NCBI GenBank assembly: GCA_958348225.1
Contig: CATVYG010000007.1
Location: 3,857-67,856, forward strand
Direction: 5' to 3'
Source: an uncultured Collinsella sp.
GTDB taxonomy: Bacteria > Actinomycetota > Coriobacteriia > Coriobacteriales > Coriobacteriaceae
DNA: 64,000 nt
In this document: positions 18,776-27,246 of the stretch, in pieces
Layout: every line of letters begins with the position of its first letter
How positions within the stretch are numbered: the first letter of the stretch is position 1
Notes under the pieces: model-generated
The model's database searches: none
Told to the model about the DNA's origin: nothing
Seen by the model: only the letters and a program-made list of their open reading frames with translations
Translations under genes and position numbers: made by a program

Positions 18776-18849
18776 TGGAGGCGAAGCCCGGATTCGAACC
18801 GGGGGTAAAGGCTTTGCAGGCCTCTGCCTTACCACTTGGCCACTTCGCC
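18776..18849 (-). tRNA. tRNA-Cys(GCA)
   Basis: GGCGAAG acceptor stem, anticodon loop CTGCAAA, GGTTCGAATCC, CCA. Confidence 0.96.
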
Positions 18850-18882
18850 AAAAAAGACCGCCTAAACGGTCCGAAAATGCAA

Positions 18883-18958
18883 TGGAGCGGACAACGGGGC
18901 TCGAACCCGCGACCCCAACCTTGGCAAGGTTGTGCTCTACCAACTGAGCCATGTCCGC
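18883..18958 (-). tRNA. tRNA-Gly(GCC)
   Basis: Identical to the other two copies. Confidence 0.97.
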
Positions 18959-18970
18959 TTGCGGGTTATT

Positions 18971-19018
18971 AATTTACGCGAGTTATCCAAAAGACGCAAG
19001 TACTTTTTTCAAAAAAGT
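18971..19018 (-). promoter_or_regulatory. Sigma70-type tRNA promoter with palindromic UP-like element
   Basis: ACTTTTTTGAAAAAAGT, 2 nt, then TTGCGT-17-TAAATT. Confidence 0.7.
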
Positions 19019-19063
19019 TGCTCAAAGCAAGTTCACGCAGGGAAATCATGTCAACCCAAGGCG

Positions 19064-19810
19064 CTAAGCGCACGATTCCAATGCCGGGCTAAACAGCTTC
19101 ACCATCCGAACGCGCGTGCCGACGCCATCCGTACGACGGGCAACTTCCACATTATCGACGAGCATGCGCATAAGTTTGATACCGCGCCCGCGTTCCTCGG
19201 ATGCCACCGGCTCGCTCGCCCCATCGATAGAATAGCCAGCGCCCCGATCAAGCACCTCGAGCACAACACGGTCCCCATAGGCCTGAACCGTCAGGATGCA
19301 CCCAACACCGCCCGCATGGTCATACGCGTTACCCAATGCCTCCCCCAGCGCCAATGCGACGTCATAACGCTCATCACGCCTCAGGGGAAGCGATTCGAGA
19401 AGCTCGGCCACACGGTGCCGATAATACGGGAGGTTCTCTATGCCTCGCCGCACTTCGACGCTCTTGCTCCATCGTGGCAACTCTCCCACCGGAATGGCGG
19501 GAATCGACTCACGCGCCGGACCCGCAACATGAAGGATGTCGACAAGTCGGGCAATCTCCAAAAAGCGAATGACCTCATCGGAGGCGTTAACGAGCGAAAG
19601 CAGGCCCTCTCGTCTCATGAGCTCTCTGGCACGTGTAAGCAAAAACGCCAAACCCGTCGAGTCGATAAAGCTCACGGCTTGGCAATTGATGACAACACGA
19701 CGCACGCCCCGGTCGATCAGATTATCCAACCGTGGGCGCAGCACGGACACCGAGGCGATGTCGACATCACCCGGTGGCGTCAAAACCGCTATGTCATTCC
19801 ACTCATTCAT
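19064..19810 (-). CDS. Fused STAS (anti-anti-sigma) and GHKL serine kinase (anti-sigma) protein
   Basis: STAS GDVD...FIDSTGL; kinase EALGNAYDH, VLDRGAG, GRGIKLM. Confidence 0.85.
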   Translation of the reverse strand: MNEWNDIAVLTPPGDVDIASVSVLRPRLDNLIDRGVRRVVINCQAVSFIDSTGLAFLLTRARELMRREGLLSLVNASDEVIRFLEIARLVDILHVAGPARESIPAIPVGELPRWSKSVEVRRGIENLPYYRHRVAELLESLPLRRDERYDVALALGEALGNAYDHAGGVGCILTVQAYGDRVVLEVLDRGAGYSIDGASEPVASEERGRGIKLMRMLVDNVEVARRTDGVGTRVRMVKLFSPALESCA

Positions 19811-19891
19811 ACGACCATGGTTCCCCAAAAGGGCTCGCTCGATGCATACGTATCCGTAACTGCGAAGATTTTGCCCGTCGAGCGTCGCGGT

Positions 19892-22237
19892 CTACGATCG
19901 ACCTCGTAAAAATTCAAGGGAGACCAGCGCGATGTCATCGTCCAACGCCGACTCGGTAAAGCGGTCAAGCTCGCCCAAGACCTTACCGCAGATTCCCGAT
20001 ACGCCCTCACCCGAGACAGAGAGCAGAAGGTCACGAAGGCGCTGCTCGCCAAAGAAAGCACCCGAGCGATCACGTGCTTCGATTGTTCCGTCGGTATACA
20101 TAAATAGCATGTCACCAGGAGCGAACGTAAACACGCCCGTCTCGTACACCATGCTCTCAAAGGCACCGATCACACCCGATTGGCACCCAAGGAGCTCCAC
20201 TTCTCCCCCGCAGGTCTCACCGCCGCCAAGCGGCGTCGACGAGGGTCTAATGACCATAGTGGGAGGATGCCCCGCAGAGCAATAGGTAGCGCGACCCGCT
20301 TTAAGATCAATCTTGGCGATAAACACCGTCACAAACGTCTCGACCCTCGAAAAGCCCATGAGCATGCTATTGAGCGAGCGGGCCATGCGGGCGGGCCCCG
20401 CACCCTCCCAGGCATAGGCCGTCAATGCCGTCTTGACGAGTGCTGACATTGACGCCGCCTCGATTCCTTTGCCGGATACATCGCCCAAAATCATTACGGC
20501 GCAATCGTCGGGAAGACGGACAAGCGTATAAAAGTCGCCGCCGACTAACGCCGAATTCGTTGCCGAAAGGTATACCGAATCGGTCGCGATACCCGGAACG
20601 TCACCAAGCGAATTTCTCATGCCAATCTGAAGCGTCTGAGCAATATGACGTTCTTCGCGCTTTTGAGACTCACCCTCGTAGATCAGCTCAAAGTCGTGCG
20701 CCAAGTGTACCAAGTAGTCATATTCAAGGTCATCAATCGGCTCTTGACTACCGTCACGAAGCAGCAGCGCGCGCGTCGTCGGGCCCTTCGCAACAGAAGC
20801 AGGAACAATCGCGTCGTTGCTGTGCTTGCCATCACCCTCAGAGCGCGGGCGCCCCGCCTCGATGCCGGTGTCGACGTAGAGGCCCTGGCAAGGCAGACCA
20901 TGCGCCCTAAGCCAGCCTCCCATAGGCATCGATTCGTCAACGCGAGTTATACGGACGTGTTTAAGATCCTCGGCACTCGTGCCGCCCAAAACAGACGCCT
21001 CAAAGCCATCAGGGCCAGCCCCCAAACGTGCCGCCGGCGCCGTCGTGGAAAAGAAAAGCTTCTCGGGATCGTCCGGCAAAGCAACGCGACTGCCGCCTTC
21101 AAAATCTATGACATAGGAGTCCAAACTAGCATCATACTCAACAGGGCAAAAATGGCAGTTGAGCATATTGCAGATCTCGGACGATACAGCCTGGGTAGCC
21201 GCGGCGGAATCGTCTAGAAAGGTAAACAACTCATCACGTAAGACATTGAGCGAGCGGCCAAGCTCGGCCGTGCGACGAGAGCGAAGGCTCGATGCCATGC
21301 CGACCAGCTGGATAGACAGGTAATCACAAATGACCTCGAGTACGTTAACGTCATAGGCGAGCGGTGCCTGAGGGCGCTTCCAACCAACTTCCAGCACGCC
21401 AAGGATCTGCGTACCGTAAAAAACGGGAAGACAGATCTCGCTGCGGTACGGGGGCATATCCTGCACGCGCAGCAGGTGCTTAGAACGATTGTCCAGGTCC
21501 ATGAACATACCGGAGGCGGCTCTATCGCCCTCAAGGTCCTGTTGAATCGACAAGCGACAGGCGCGCGACTCGCGAAGAACATACGTCGGAATGCCAGCGC
21601 CATAGGGCAAAAACTCGGGCAGGTAGCTGTCGTGCAGCTCCTTGGAAACACCGCGAAGCTTAAAACCGCCGCTCTCAGAAAAATAGATAGCGGCACCCGA
21701 AGCATCGAGCGTTCCTACAAGCTGGTTCAAAACGGTATCTAACAAACTAGGCAGCTCGTCGGAGCCCACCGTGCTCATAATGACCGACAATGTACCCGAG
21801 AGACGCTTATTCGCCACTCTAAGCTCCGAAAGCGCACGCTTGAGCTGGCGGTCGTGCGAATACTGCTCTTCGATGCTATGAAGTGCCACCAGAACACGCG
21901 GCGCACGGCGTCCAAAGATGCGAGGCGGTGTAACCGAGCCGGCACAAACCAAGACGGGGATGAAGGAGCCGTCGCTCAGCTTGAGCATCAACTCGCTCTT
22001 TGTTCCATTGGTCTCAAAAGGAAGCCGATGCTCTGTCGCGCGTTCAAATGCCGACGAGTACAGGAGGTCTTTAACATCTCCGTCGATCACATCGGAACGT
22101 TCCTCGCACATCAAACCAAGTAAGCGATTATTCACATGCAGAATGGTTCCGTCGAGCTCGCAGATGATGACAGCATCGCTCGTGATCTCGACCAATTGGG
22201 CAACGTCTGCCCACTCATTGCGCTCAAGCGTTTCCAT
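19892..22237 (-). CDS. PAS-GAF-SpoIIE (RsbU-like PP2C) phosphatase
   Basis: N-terminal PAS (DAVII...DGTILHVN), GAF-like region, GGDFY, GDVSGKG, AGHPP, YTDG, DDIA. Confidence 0.9.
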   Translation of the reverse strand: METLERNEWADVAQLVEITSDAVIICELDGTILHVNNRLLGLMCEERSDVIDGDVKDLLYSSAFERATEHRLPFETNGTKSELMLKLSDGSFIPVLVCAGSVTPPRIFGRRAPRVLVALHSIEEQYSHDRQLKRALSELRVANKRLSGTLSVIMSTVGSDELPSLLDTVLNQLVGTLDASGAAIYFSESGGFKLRGVSKELHDSYLPEFLPYGAGIPTYVLRESRACRLSIQQDLEGDRAASGMFMDLDNRSKHLLRVQDMPPYRSEICLPVFYGTQILGVLEVGWKRPQAPLAYDVNVLEVICDYLSIQLVGMASSLRSRRTAELGRSLNVLRDELFTFLDDSAAATQAVSSEICNMLNCHFCPVEYDASLDSYVIDFEGGSRVALPDDPEKLFFSTTAPAARLGAGPDGFEASVLGGTSAEDLKHVRITRVDESMPMGGWLRAHGLPCQGLYVDTGIEAGRPRSEGDGKHSNDAIVPASVAKGPTTRALLLRDGSQEPIDDLEYDYLVHLAHDFELIYEGESQKREERHIAQTLQIGMRNSLGDVPGIATDSVYLSATNSALVGGDFYTLVRLPDDCAVMILGDVSGKGIEAASMSALVKTALTAYAWEGAGPARMARSLNSMLMGFSRVETFVTVFIAKIDLKAGRATYCSAGHPPTMVIRPSSTPLGGGETCGGEVELLGCQSGVIGAFESMVYETGVFTFAPGDMLFMYTDGTIEARDRSGAFFGEQRLRDLLLSVSGEGVSGICGKVLGELDRFTESALDDDIALVSLEFLRGRS

Positions 22238-22263
22238 CGTGAACCTCACCGTCTATCGGTAAC

Positions 22264-22286
22264 AAAAAAGCCTCCGAAGAGGCTTC
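22264..22286 (-). terminator. Terminator of tRNA-Leu
   Basis: AAGCCTC-TTCG-GAGGCTT plus U tract. Confidence 0.8.
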
Positions 22287-22296
22287 TCAAATGCGA

Positions 22297-22386
22297 TGGT
22301 GTCGGAGGCGGGACTTGAACCCGCATGACCAAAAAGCGGTCACTAGCACCTCAAGCTAGCGCGTCTGCCAATTCCGCCACTCCGAC
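22297..22386 (-). tRNA. tRNA-Leu(GAG)
   Basis: GTCGGAG acceptor stem, CTAGC-TTGAGGT-GCTAG, long variable arm, CCA. Confidence 0.95.
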
Positions 22387-22443
22387 ATGCTATGTTGTTG
22401 AGTCGCGGTTCGTTTTGTTGGACCCGCGCGTTCAACGAGGAAG

Positions 22444-22492
22444 ATAATAACCTATGTTTTGAGAACTGTGCAAGCACTTTTTTGAAAAAAGT
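22444..22492 (-). promoter_or_regulatory. tRNA-Leu promoter with palindromic UP-like element
   Basis: ACTTTTTTCAAAAAAGT, 2 nt, then TTGCAC-18-TATTAT. Confidence 0.65.
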
Positions 22493-22530
22493 TTACGAAT
22501 TTGTAAATGCGCAGGTAGATTCGTGTATCC

Positions 22531-22655
22531 GGCCCCGAATCGCACATGCCCCCCGGCGCGCCGGGGGGCATGTGCTATATATGGCCGCGCCTGTGGTGCT
22601 CAAAAATAGCGCCCCCCCGGGGGAAGGCGCCGGGAGGCAACACCGATTCGGGGCC
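22531..22655. repeat. Nested palindromic element including a perfect 34-bp palindrome
   Basis: Arms GGCCCCGAATCG/CGATTCGGGGCC; GCACATGCCCCCCGGCGCGCCGGGGGGCATGTGC at 22542-22575. Confidence 0.75.
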
Positions 22656-22839
22656 TGCAAATACGTACTCCATGCACAGTTCTCAAACATGTTCTGGAGG
22701 CTGATGCAAATTTGGCGGCTCGGCTTTGCCGAGCCCTTATACGGGGAGGCCGGAGCCAACGCTCCGGCCTCACTCAATTTCTTATTAGATTAAGTGAGCG
22801 ATCAGGGAATCGCACTCTCCCTGCCGAGTTACCGCAGGG

Positions 22840-22960
22840 CCCGCCCTGAAGTTACTTTTCAGAACATTCCGCAGGACGCAAGAAACCCCCGCCGCACGAA
22901 GTGCGTAGCGGGGGTTTCTTGCATGTCCGAGGACGTTCTGAAAAGTAACTTCAGGGCGGG
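22840..22960. repeat. Long hairpin element with 26-bp perfect arms
   Basis: CCCGCCCTGAAGTTACTTTTCAGAAC (22840-22865) and its complement (22935-22960); inner 15-bp stem; CGCAC-GAA-GTGCG apex. Confidence 0.85.
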
Positions 22961-22979
22961 GCCGGACGAGTACAACCGA

Positions 22980-24008
22980 CTAGAGGTCGATGTGCGATTC
23001 CTTGATCGGGAACGGCTCCGCGAAGTGGCAGGCGCAGCAGTGACCCGGTGCGACCTCCTTAAGCTCGGGAAGCTTCTCAGAGCAGATACCCTGCGCGATC
23101 GGGCAACGGGTGTGGAAACGGCAACCGGTCGGCGGATCCAGCGGTGACGGCGGATCGCCGGCAAGGATGATGCGCTTACGGGTCTTCTGGATATCCGGAT
23201 CGGGAACCGGCACAGCAGACAACAGCGACTGCGTGTACGGATGATGAGGCTCGCTATAGAGCGTCTTCCAGTCCGAAACCTCGACCATCTTGCCCAGATA
23301 CATAACGGCAACGCGATCGGAGATGTGCTGCACGACGGACAGGTCGTGGGCGATAAACAGATACGCGGTACCGAACTTGTCCTGCAGTTCCTTGAGCAAG
23401 TTCAAAACCTGGGCCTGAATGGACACATCCAGAGCGGAAACCGGCTCGTCGCAGATAATCAGCTTGGGCTTCAGCGCAAAAGCGCGGGCAATGCCGACAC
23501 GCTGACGCTGGCCGCCCGAGAACTCATGCGGATAGCGGTTGATGTGCTCGGGGTTGAGTCCGACGACGTCGAGAAGCTCGCGAACACGCTCGATGCGCTC
23601 CTCCTTGGTACCCACGCCGTGAATGGTCATGGGCTCGGAAACGATCTCGCCGATGGTCATACGAGGATTCAGCGAAGCATAGGGATCCTGGAAGATGAAC
23701 TGCATCTCGCGACGCATGTCCTTGATCTCATGCTTGCTCATCTCGGCAACGTCTTTGCCCTGGAAGAACACCTTACCGGCAGTCGGCTTGGTCAGACGCA
23801 TGATGGTGCGGCCCGTCGTGGACTTCCCGCAACCAGACTCGCCAACCAGACCAAAGGTCTCGCCAGGATAAATCTCAAAAGAGATGTCATTTACAGCAGA
23901 GACGACGCGCTTGGAAAAACGCTTGGCGAACATGCCGGACTCTGCGGGGAACTCCTTGGAAAGGTGCTCGACCTTCAGCAGCGGAGTACGCTCGTTATTG
24001 TCTGCCAT
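22980..24008 (-). CDS. oppF: Oligopeptide ABC transporter ATP-binding protein
   Basis: GESGCGKS, YPHEFSGGQRQR, DEPVSALD, C-terminal GCRFHTRCP. Confidence 0.92.
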   Translation of the reverse strand: MADNNERTPLLKVEHLSKEFPAESGMFAKRFSKRVVSAVNDISFEIYPGETFGLVGESGCGKSTTGRTIMRLTKPTAGKVFFQGKDVAEMSKHEIKDMRREMQFIFQDPYASLNPRMTIGEIVSEPMTIHGVGTKEERIERVRELLDVVGLNPEHINRYPHEFSGGQRQRVGIARAFALKPKLIICDEPVSALDVSIQAQVLNLLKELQDKFGTAYLFIAHDLSVVQHISDRVAVMYLGKMVEVSDWKTLYSEPHHPYTQSLLSAVPVPDPDIQKTRKRIILAGDPPSPLDPPTGCRFHTRCPIAQGICSEKLPELKEVAPGHCCACHFAEPFPIKESHIDL

Positions 24009-25100
24009 TTACGCCTCGCCTCCCTTCTTGGAATCCTTGCGCGTACGGGACGTATCAGGAGCGTTCTTGAGGAACTCGGAGTCACCGGAATAATGGCACG
24101 CAGAATAGTGGCCGGACTCGGTGACAACGCGCTCGGGGCGCTGCTTGCGGCACTTATCGGTCGCATAGGGGCAACGAGGCGAGAACACGCAGCCCTCGGG
24201 CAGGTTCATGAGCGAAGGCGGGTTACCGTGAATCGGCGTAAGCGGCTTCTTCTCATCGATGGCCTGCTCCGGGATGGAGCGGATAAGGCCCCAGGTGTAG
24301 GGGTGACGGCTCTCGTAGAAGATTTCCTCAGCAGTACCGAACTCGACGGGACGGCCGGCGTACATAACCATGATCTTGTCGGCCATATCGGCGACAACAC
24401 CCAGGTCATGGGTAATCATGATGATGGCGTTGCCGTTCTTCTCCTGCATTTCCTGCATAAGCTCAATAATCTGAGCCTGAATGGTAACGTCCAGGGCAGT
24501 CGTGGGCTCGTCGGCAATCAGAATATCGGGATCGCAGGCAAGAGCCATAGCAATCATGACGCGCTGACGCATACCGCCAGAGAACTGGTGCGGATACTCA
24601 TTGACGCGCTTCTCGGGCTCAGGAATGCCAACGAGGTCCAAAAGCTCGGTGGCGCGCTTGAGCGCCTCCTGCTTGGAGTAGCCACGGTGCAGACGAAGCC
24701 CCTCGCCCACCTGCTTGCCGATCTTGTAGACCGGGTTCAAGGAGGTCATAGGATCCTGGAAGATCATCGCGATGTCGTTACCGCGAATGTGCTGCATCTC
24801 TTCCTCGGTCATCTCGAGGATGGAGCGGCCGCGATAGCGAACATCACCGCCCTCGATCTTTCCCGGAGGCATCGAGATAAGGCCCATAATGGTCATGGCG
24901 GTCACGGACTTACCGGAGCCGGACTCACCGACGACGCCCAGGGTTTCGCCACGATCGAGCGTGTAGGAGACACCGTCGACAGCGCGAACGACGCCATCCT
25001 CGGTGTGGAAATACATCTTAAGGTCGTCGACCTCGAGCAGATGCTGGCCCTCGGGAACCGGCTGGTCCTTCAGGTCCACATAGTTCTTGTTCTTCTTCAT
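24009..25100 (-). CDS. oppD: Oligopeptide ABC transporter ATP-binding protein
   Basis: GESGSGKS, FQDPMTSLNP, FSGGMRQR, DEPTTALD. Confidence 0.92.
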   Translation of the reverse strand: MKKNKNYVDLKDQPVPEGQHLLEVDDLKMYFHTEDGVVRAVDGVSYTLDRGETLGVVGESGSGKSVTAMTIMGLISMPPGKIEGGDVRYRGRSILEMTEEEMQHIRGNDIAMIFQDPMTSLNPVYKIGKQVGEGLRLHRGYSKQEALKRATELLDLVGIPEPEKRVNEYPHQFSGGMRQRVMIAMALACDPDILIADEPTTALDVTIQAQIIELMQEMQEKNGNAIIMITHDLGVVADMADKIMVMYAGRPVEFGTAEEIFYESRHPYTWGLIRSIPEQAIDEKKPLTPIHGNPPSLMNLPEGCVFSPRCPYATDKCRKQRPERVVTESGHYSACHYSGDSEFLKNAPDTSRTRKDSKKGGEA

Positions 25101-25102
25101 CC

Positions 25103-26038
25103 TTATGCGTCCTTCATCTTGACGTCGAGGGCGTCGCGCAAACCGTCACCCAGCAGGGTGAAGGCGAGCACCGTCGAGAGAATTGCCAGACCGGGCATGA
25201 TCATCATCCAGGGAGCAGTCAGAAGATACTGCTGACCGTCCTGAATCATGGAGCCCCACGAAGGCGTAGGCGGAATAACGCCCATGCCGAGGAAGGACAG
25301 AGCGGACTCGGTCAGAATGGCGCCACCAATGTTCATGGTCGCGTAAACCACGATGGAGGCGACGGAGTTCGGGAAGATGTGACGCACGACGATACGAGCA
25401 TCAGATGCACCCATCGCGCGCGCAGCGTCAACATAGTCGTTTTCCTTGACCGTCAAGATTGCAGAGCGGAAGACGCGCGCAATCGAAGGCCAGCCGAGAA
25501 TACCGATGGCGATAAAGACGTTCTGAAGACCACGGCCGATAACGGCGATCATGGCGACAACAAACAGCACGTACGGGAAGGCCAGGAAGATATCCGCACA
25601 GCGCATGATGATCGTATCCCAGATGCCGCCGTAGAAACCGGCCAGAGCACCCATGACCAGACCAATCACCGTGGAGATCGCAGTGGCCATAATACCGACG
25701 GACAGCGAAACGCGTGCACCGTAGATAACGCGGACGAGAATGTCACGACCAAGGGCGTCGGTGCCAAACGGGTGCTCTGCACACGGAGCCAGCAGCGACG
25801 TCTGGGCCATGGTAGTCGAGTCGGAAGCCGTCGGCGAACCGAGCCAGGGCTTAGCCCACAGATCTGCGGTCAGGGCAACCACAACGACGATGATGATCCA
25901 GCAGACACCGATAACGGCGAGCTTGTTCTTACGAAGACGCTTGAAAGCGTCGCCCCACAGCGTGCGGGACTTGGCGGGAGCAGATGCGGCCTTGGTGGCG
26001 GTAGCCTGCTCCTGAGACTGAGAATCAGTTTCCTGCAT
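25103..26038 (-). CDS. oppC: Oligopeptide ABC transporter permease
   Basis: HPFGTDALGRD, ESALSFLGMG, PSWG, GDGLRDALD. Confidence 0.92.
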   Translation of the reverse strand: MQETDSQSQEQATATKAASAPAKSRTLWGDAFKRLRKNKLAVIGVCWIIIVVVVALTADLWAKPWLGSPTASDSTTMAQTSLLAPCAEHPFGTDALGRDILVRVIYGARVSLSVGIMATAISTVIGLVMGALAGFYGGIWDTIIMRCADIFLAFPYVLFVVAMIAVIGRGLQNVFIAIGILGWPSIARVFRSAILTVKENDYVDAARAMGASDARIVVRHIFPNSVASIVVYATMNIGGAILTESALSFLGMGVIPPTPSWGSMIQDGQQYLLTAPWMMIMPGLAILSTVLAFTLLGDGLRDALDVKMKDA

Positions 26039-26052
26039 GAGACGTACCTCCC

Positions 26053-27090
26053 TTAGGCCTTATCCGACGGACCGCCAAGGCGGATGCGCGGGTCGAGGAA
26101 TGCATAGCTAATGTCGACGAGCAGGTTGATCACCATGACGACAACGACGATGAGCGTAACGCCGCCCATAACGATGGGCCAGTCACGCATGCTAATGGCG
26201 CGATAGACCTCATAGCCAATACCGGGCCAGTTAAAGACCGTCTCGGTCAGGATGGCGCCCGAAAGCATGCCGCCAAAGTCGACACCAATATAGGTAACGA
26301 CGGGGATGAGTGCATTCTTAAGCGCATGCTTGATGATGATCGCGCGATTGGAGAGACCCTTGGCCTTTGCAGTGCGGATGTAATCCTGGTTCATGACGTC
26401 AAGCAGCTGCGAGCGCATAATGCGGGCGGCGTAAGCGGTCGAAACCGAAGCCAGCGTAATGGTCGGGAGCACATAGTGCATCCAATCCTGATACTGAGAG
26501 CTGGAACCACCGGCACCCGAGATCGGCATGGAGAATGCACCGCCCGTGGCGTCCTTGAGAATGACGCCAAAGAACAGTTGCAGCAACATACCGAGCCAGA
26601 AGGCCGGGACGGCAACGAGGATCGACGTGGTGAGCGTTACCAAAATATCCCAGAAGGAATAACGCTTTACCGCCGAAATGATACCCGCACCGATACCCAT
26701 GATTGCCTCGAGCACGATGGCGCACGCGGCAAGTTTGACCGTATACGGATACTTCTGGGCAAAGATTTCCGTAACCGGCAGCTTACGCTGATACGAATTG
26801 CCCAGATCGCCATGAAGCAGGCCGTTCATGTAATACAAATAACGGTCCACGAGCGACGTTTGAACGGGATCGCCGTTCTCGTCAAGAATCGCGTTGCCGT
26901 CCTCGTCCGACTGGACCAGGTGATAGCGGACGCGAAGCTGAAGCTCCACCTCGGGGGACAGAGCCTTGTCTCCACCGATCAGCTTGATCGGATCTCCCGG
27001 CACGATATTCTGGAGGGCGAACAGAATCAGCGTAACGCCCAAAAACACCGGGATGAACTGAAGCACACGTTTAACGATGTACTTACCCAT
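26053..27090 (-). CDS. oppB: Oligopeptide ABC transporter permease
   Basis: PGDP, DYIRTAKAKGL, ETVFNWPGIG, DPRI. Confidence 0.92.
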   Translation of the reverse strand: MGKYIVKRVLQFIPVFLGVTLILFALQNIVPGDPIKLIGGDKALSPEVELQLRVRYHLVQSDEDGNAILDENGDPVQTSLVDRYLYYMNGLLHGDLGNSYQRKLPVTEIFAQKYPYTVKLAACAIVLEAIMGIGAGIISAVKRYSFWDILVTLTTSILVAVPAFWLGMLLQLFFGVILKDATGGAFSMPISGAGGSSSQYQDWMHYVLPTITLASVSTAYAARIMRSQLLDVMNQDYIRTAKAKGLSNRAIIIKHALKNALIPVVTYIGVDFGGMLSGAILTETVFNWPGIGYEVYRAISMRDWPIVMGGVTLIVVVVMVINLLVDISYAFLDPRIRLGGPSDKA

Positions 27091-27120
27091 ACCACTCCCC
27101 TATCTAGGGATTAACCTAAA

Positions 27121-27150
27121 TGGGATGCCGATCGCCAGACCGGCATCCCA
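27121..27150. terminator. Intergenic hairpin after oppA (attenuating or mRNA-stabilising)
   Basis: TGGGATGCCG/CGGCATCCCA perfect stem. Confidence 0.55.
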
Positions 27151-27246
27151 AAATTACCATCAGCCAGTTTACCCCAGGTTAGGGAGAACTGTATGTTTCC
27201 CATGAGGTCTACGTAAATACTTGACCCTCACGGAAGCTGCAAACTC

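Noticed and set aside
22392..23147. ORFs 22392-22793, 22493-22777 and 22794-23147
   Set aside because: No motifs or clear RBS; they run through palindromes, the tRNA promoter or oppF.
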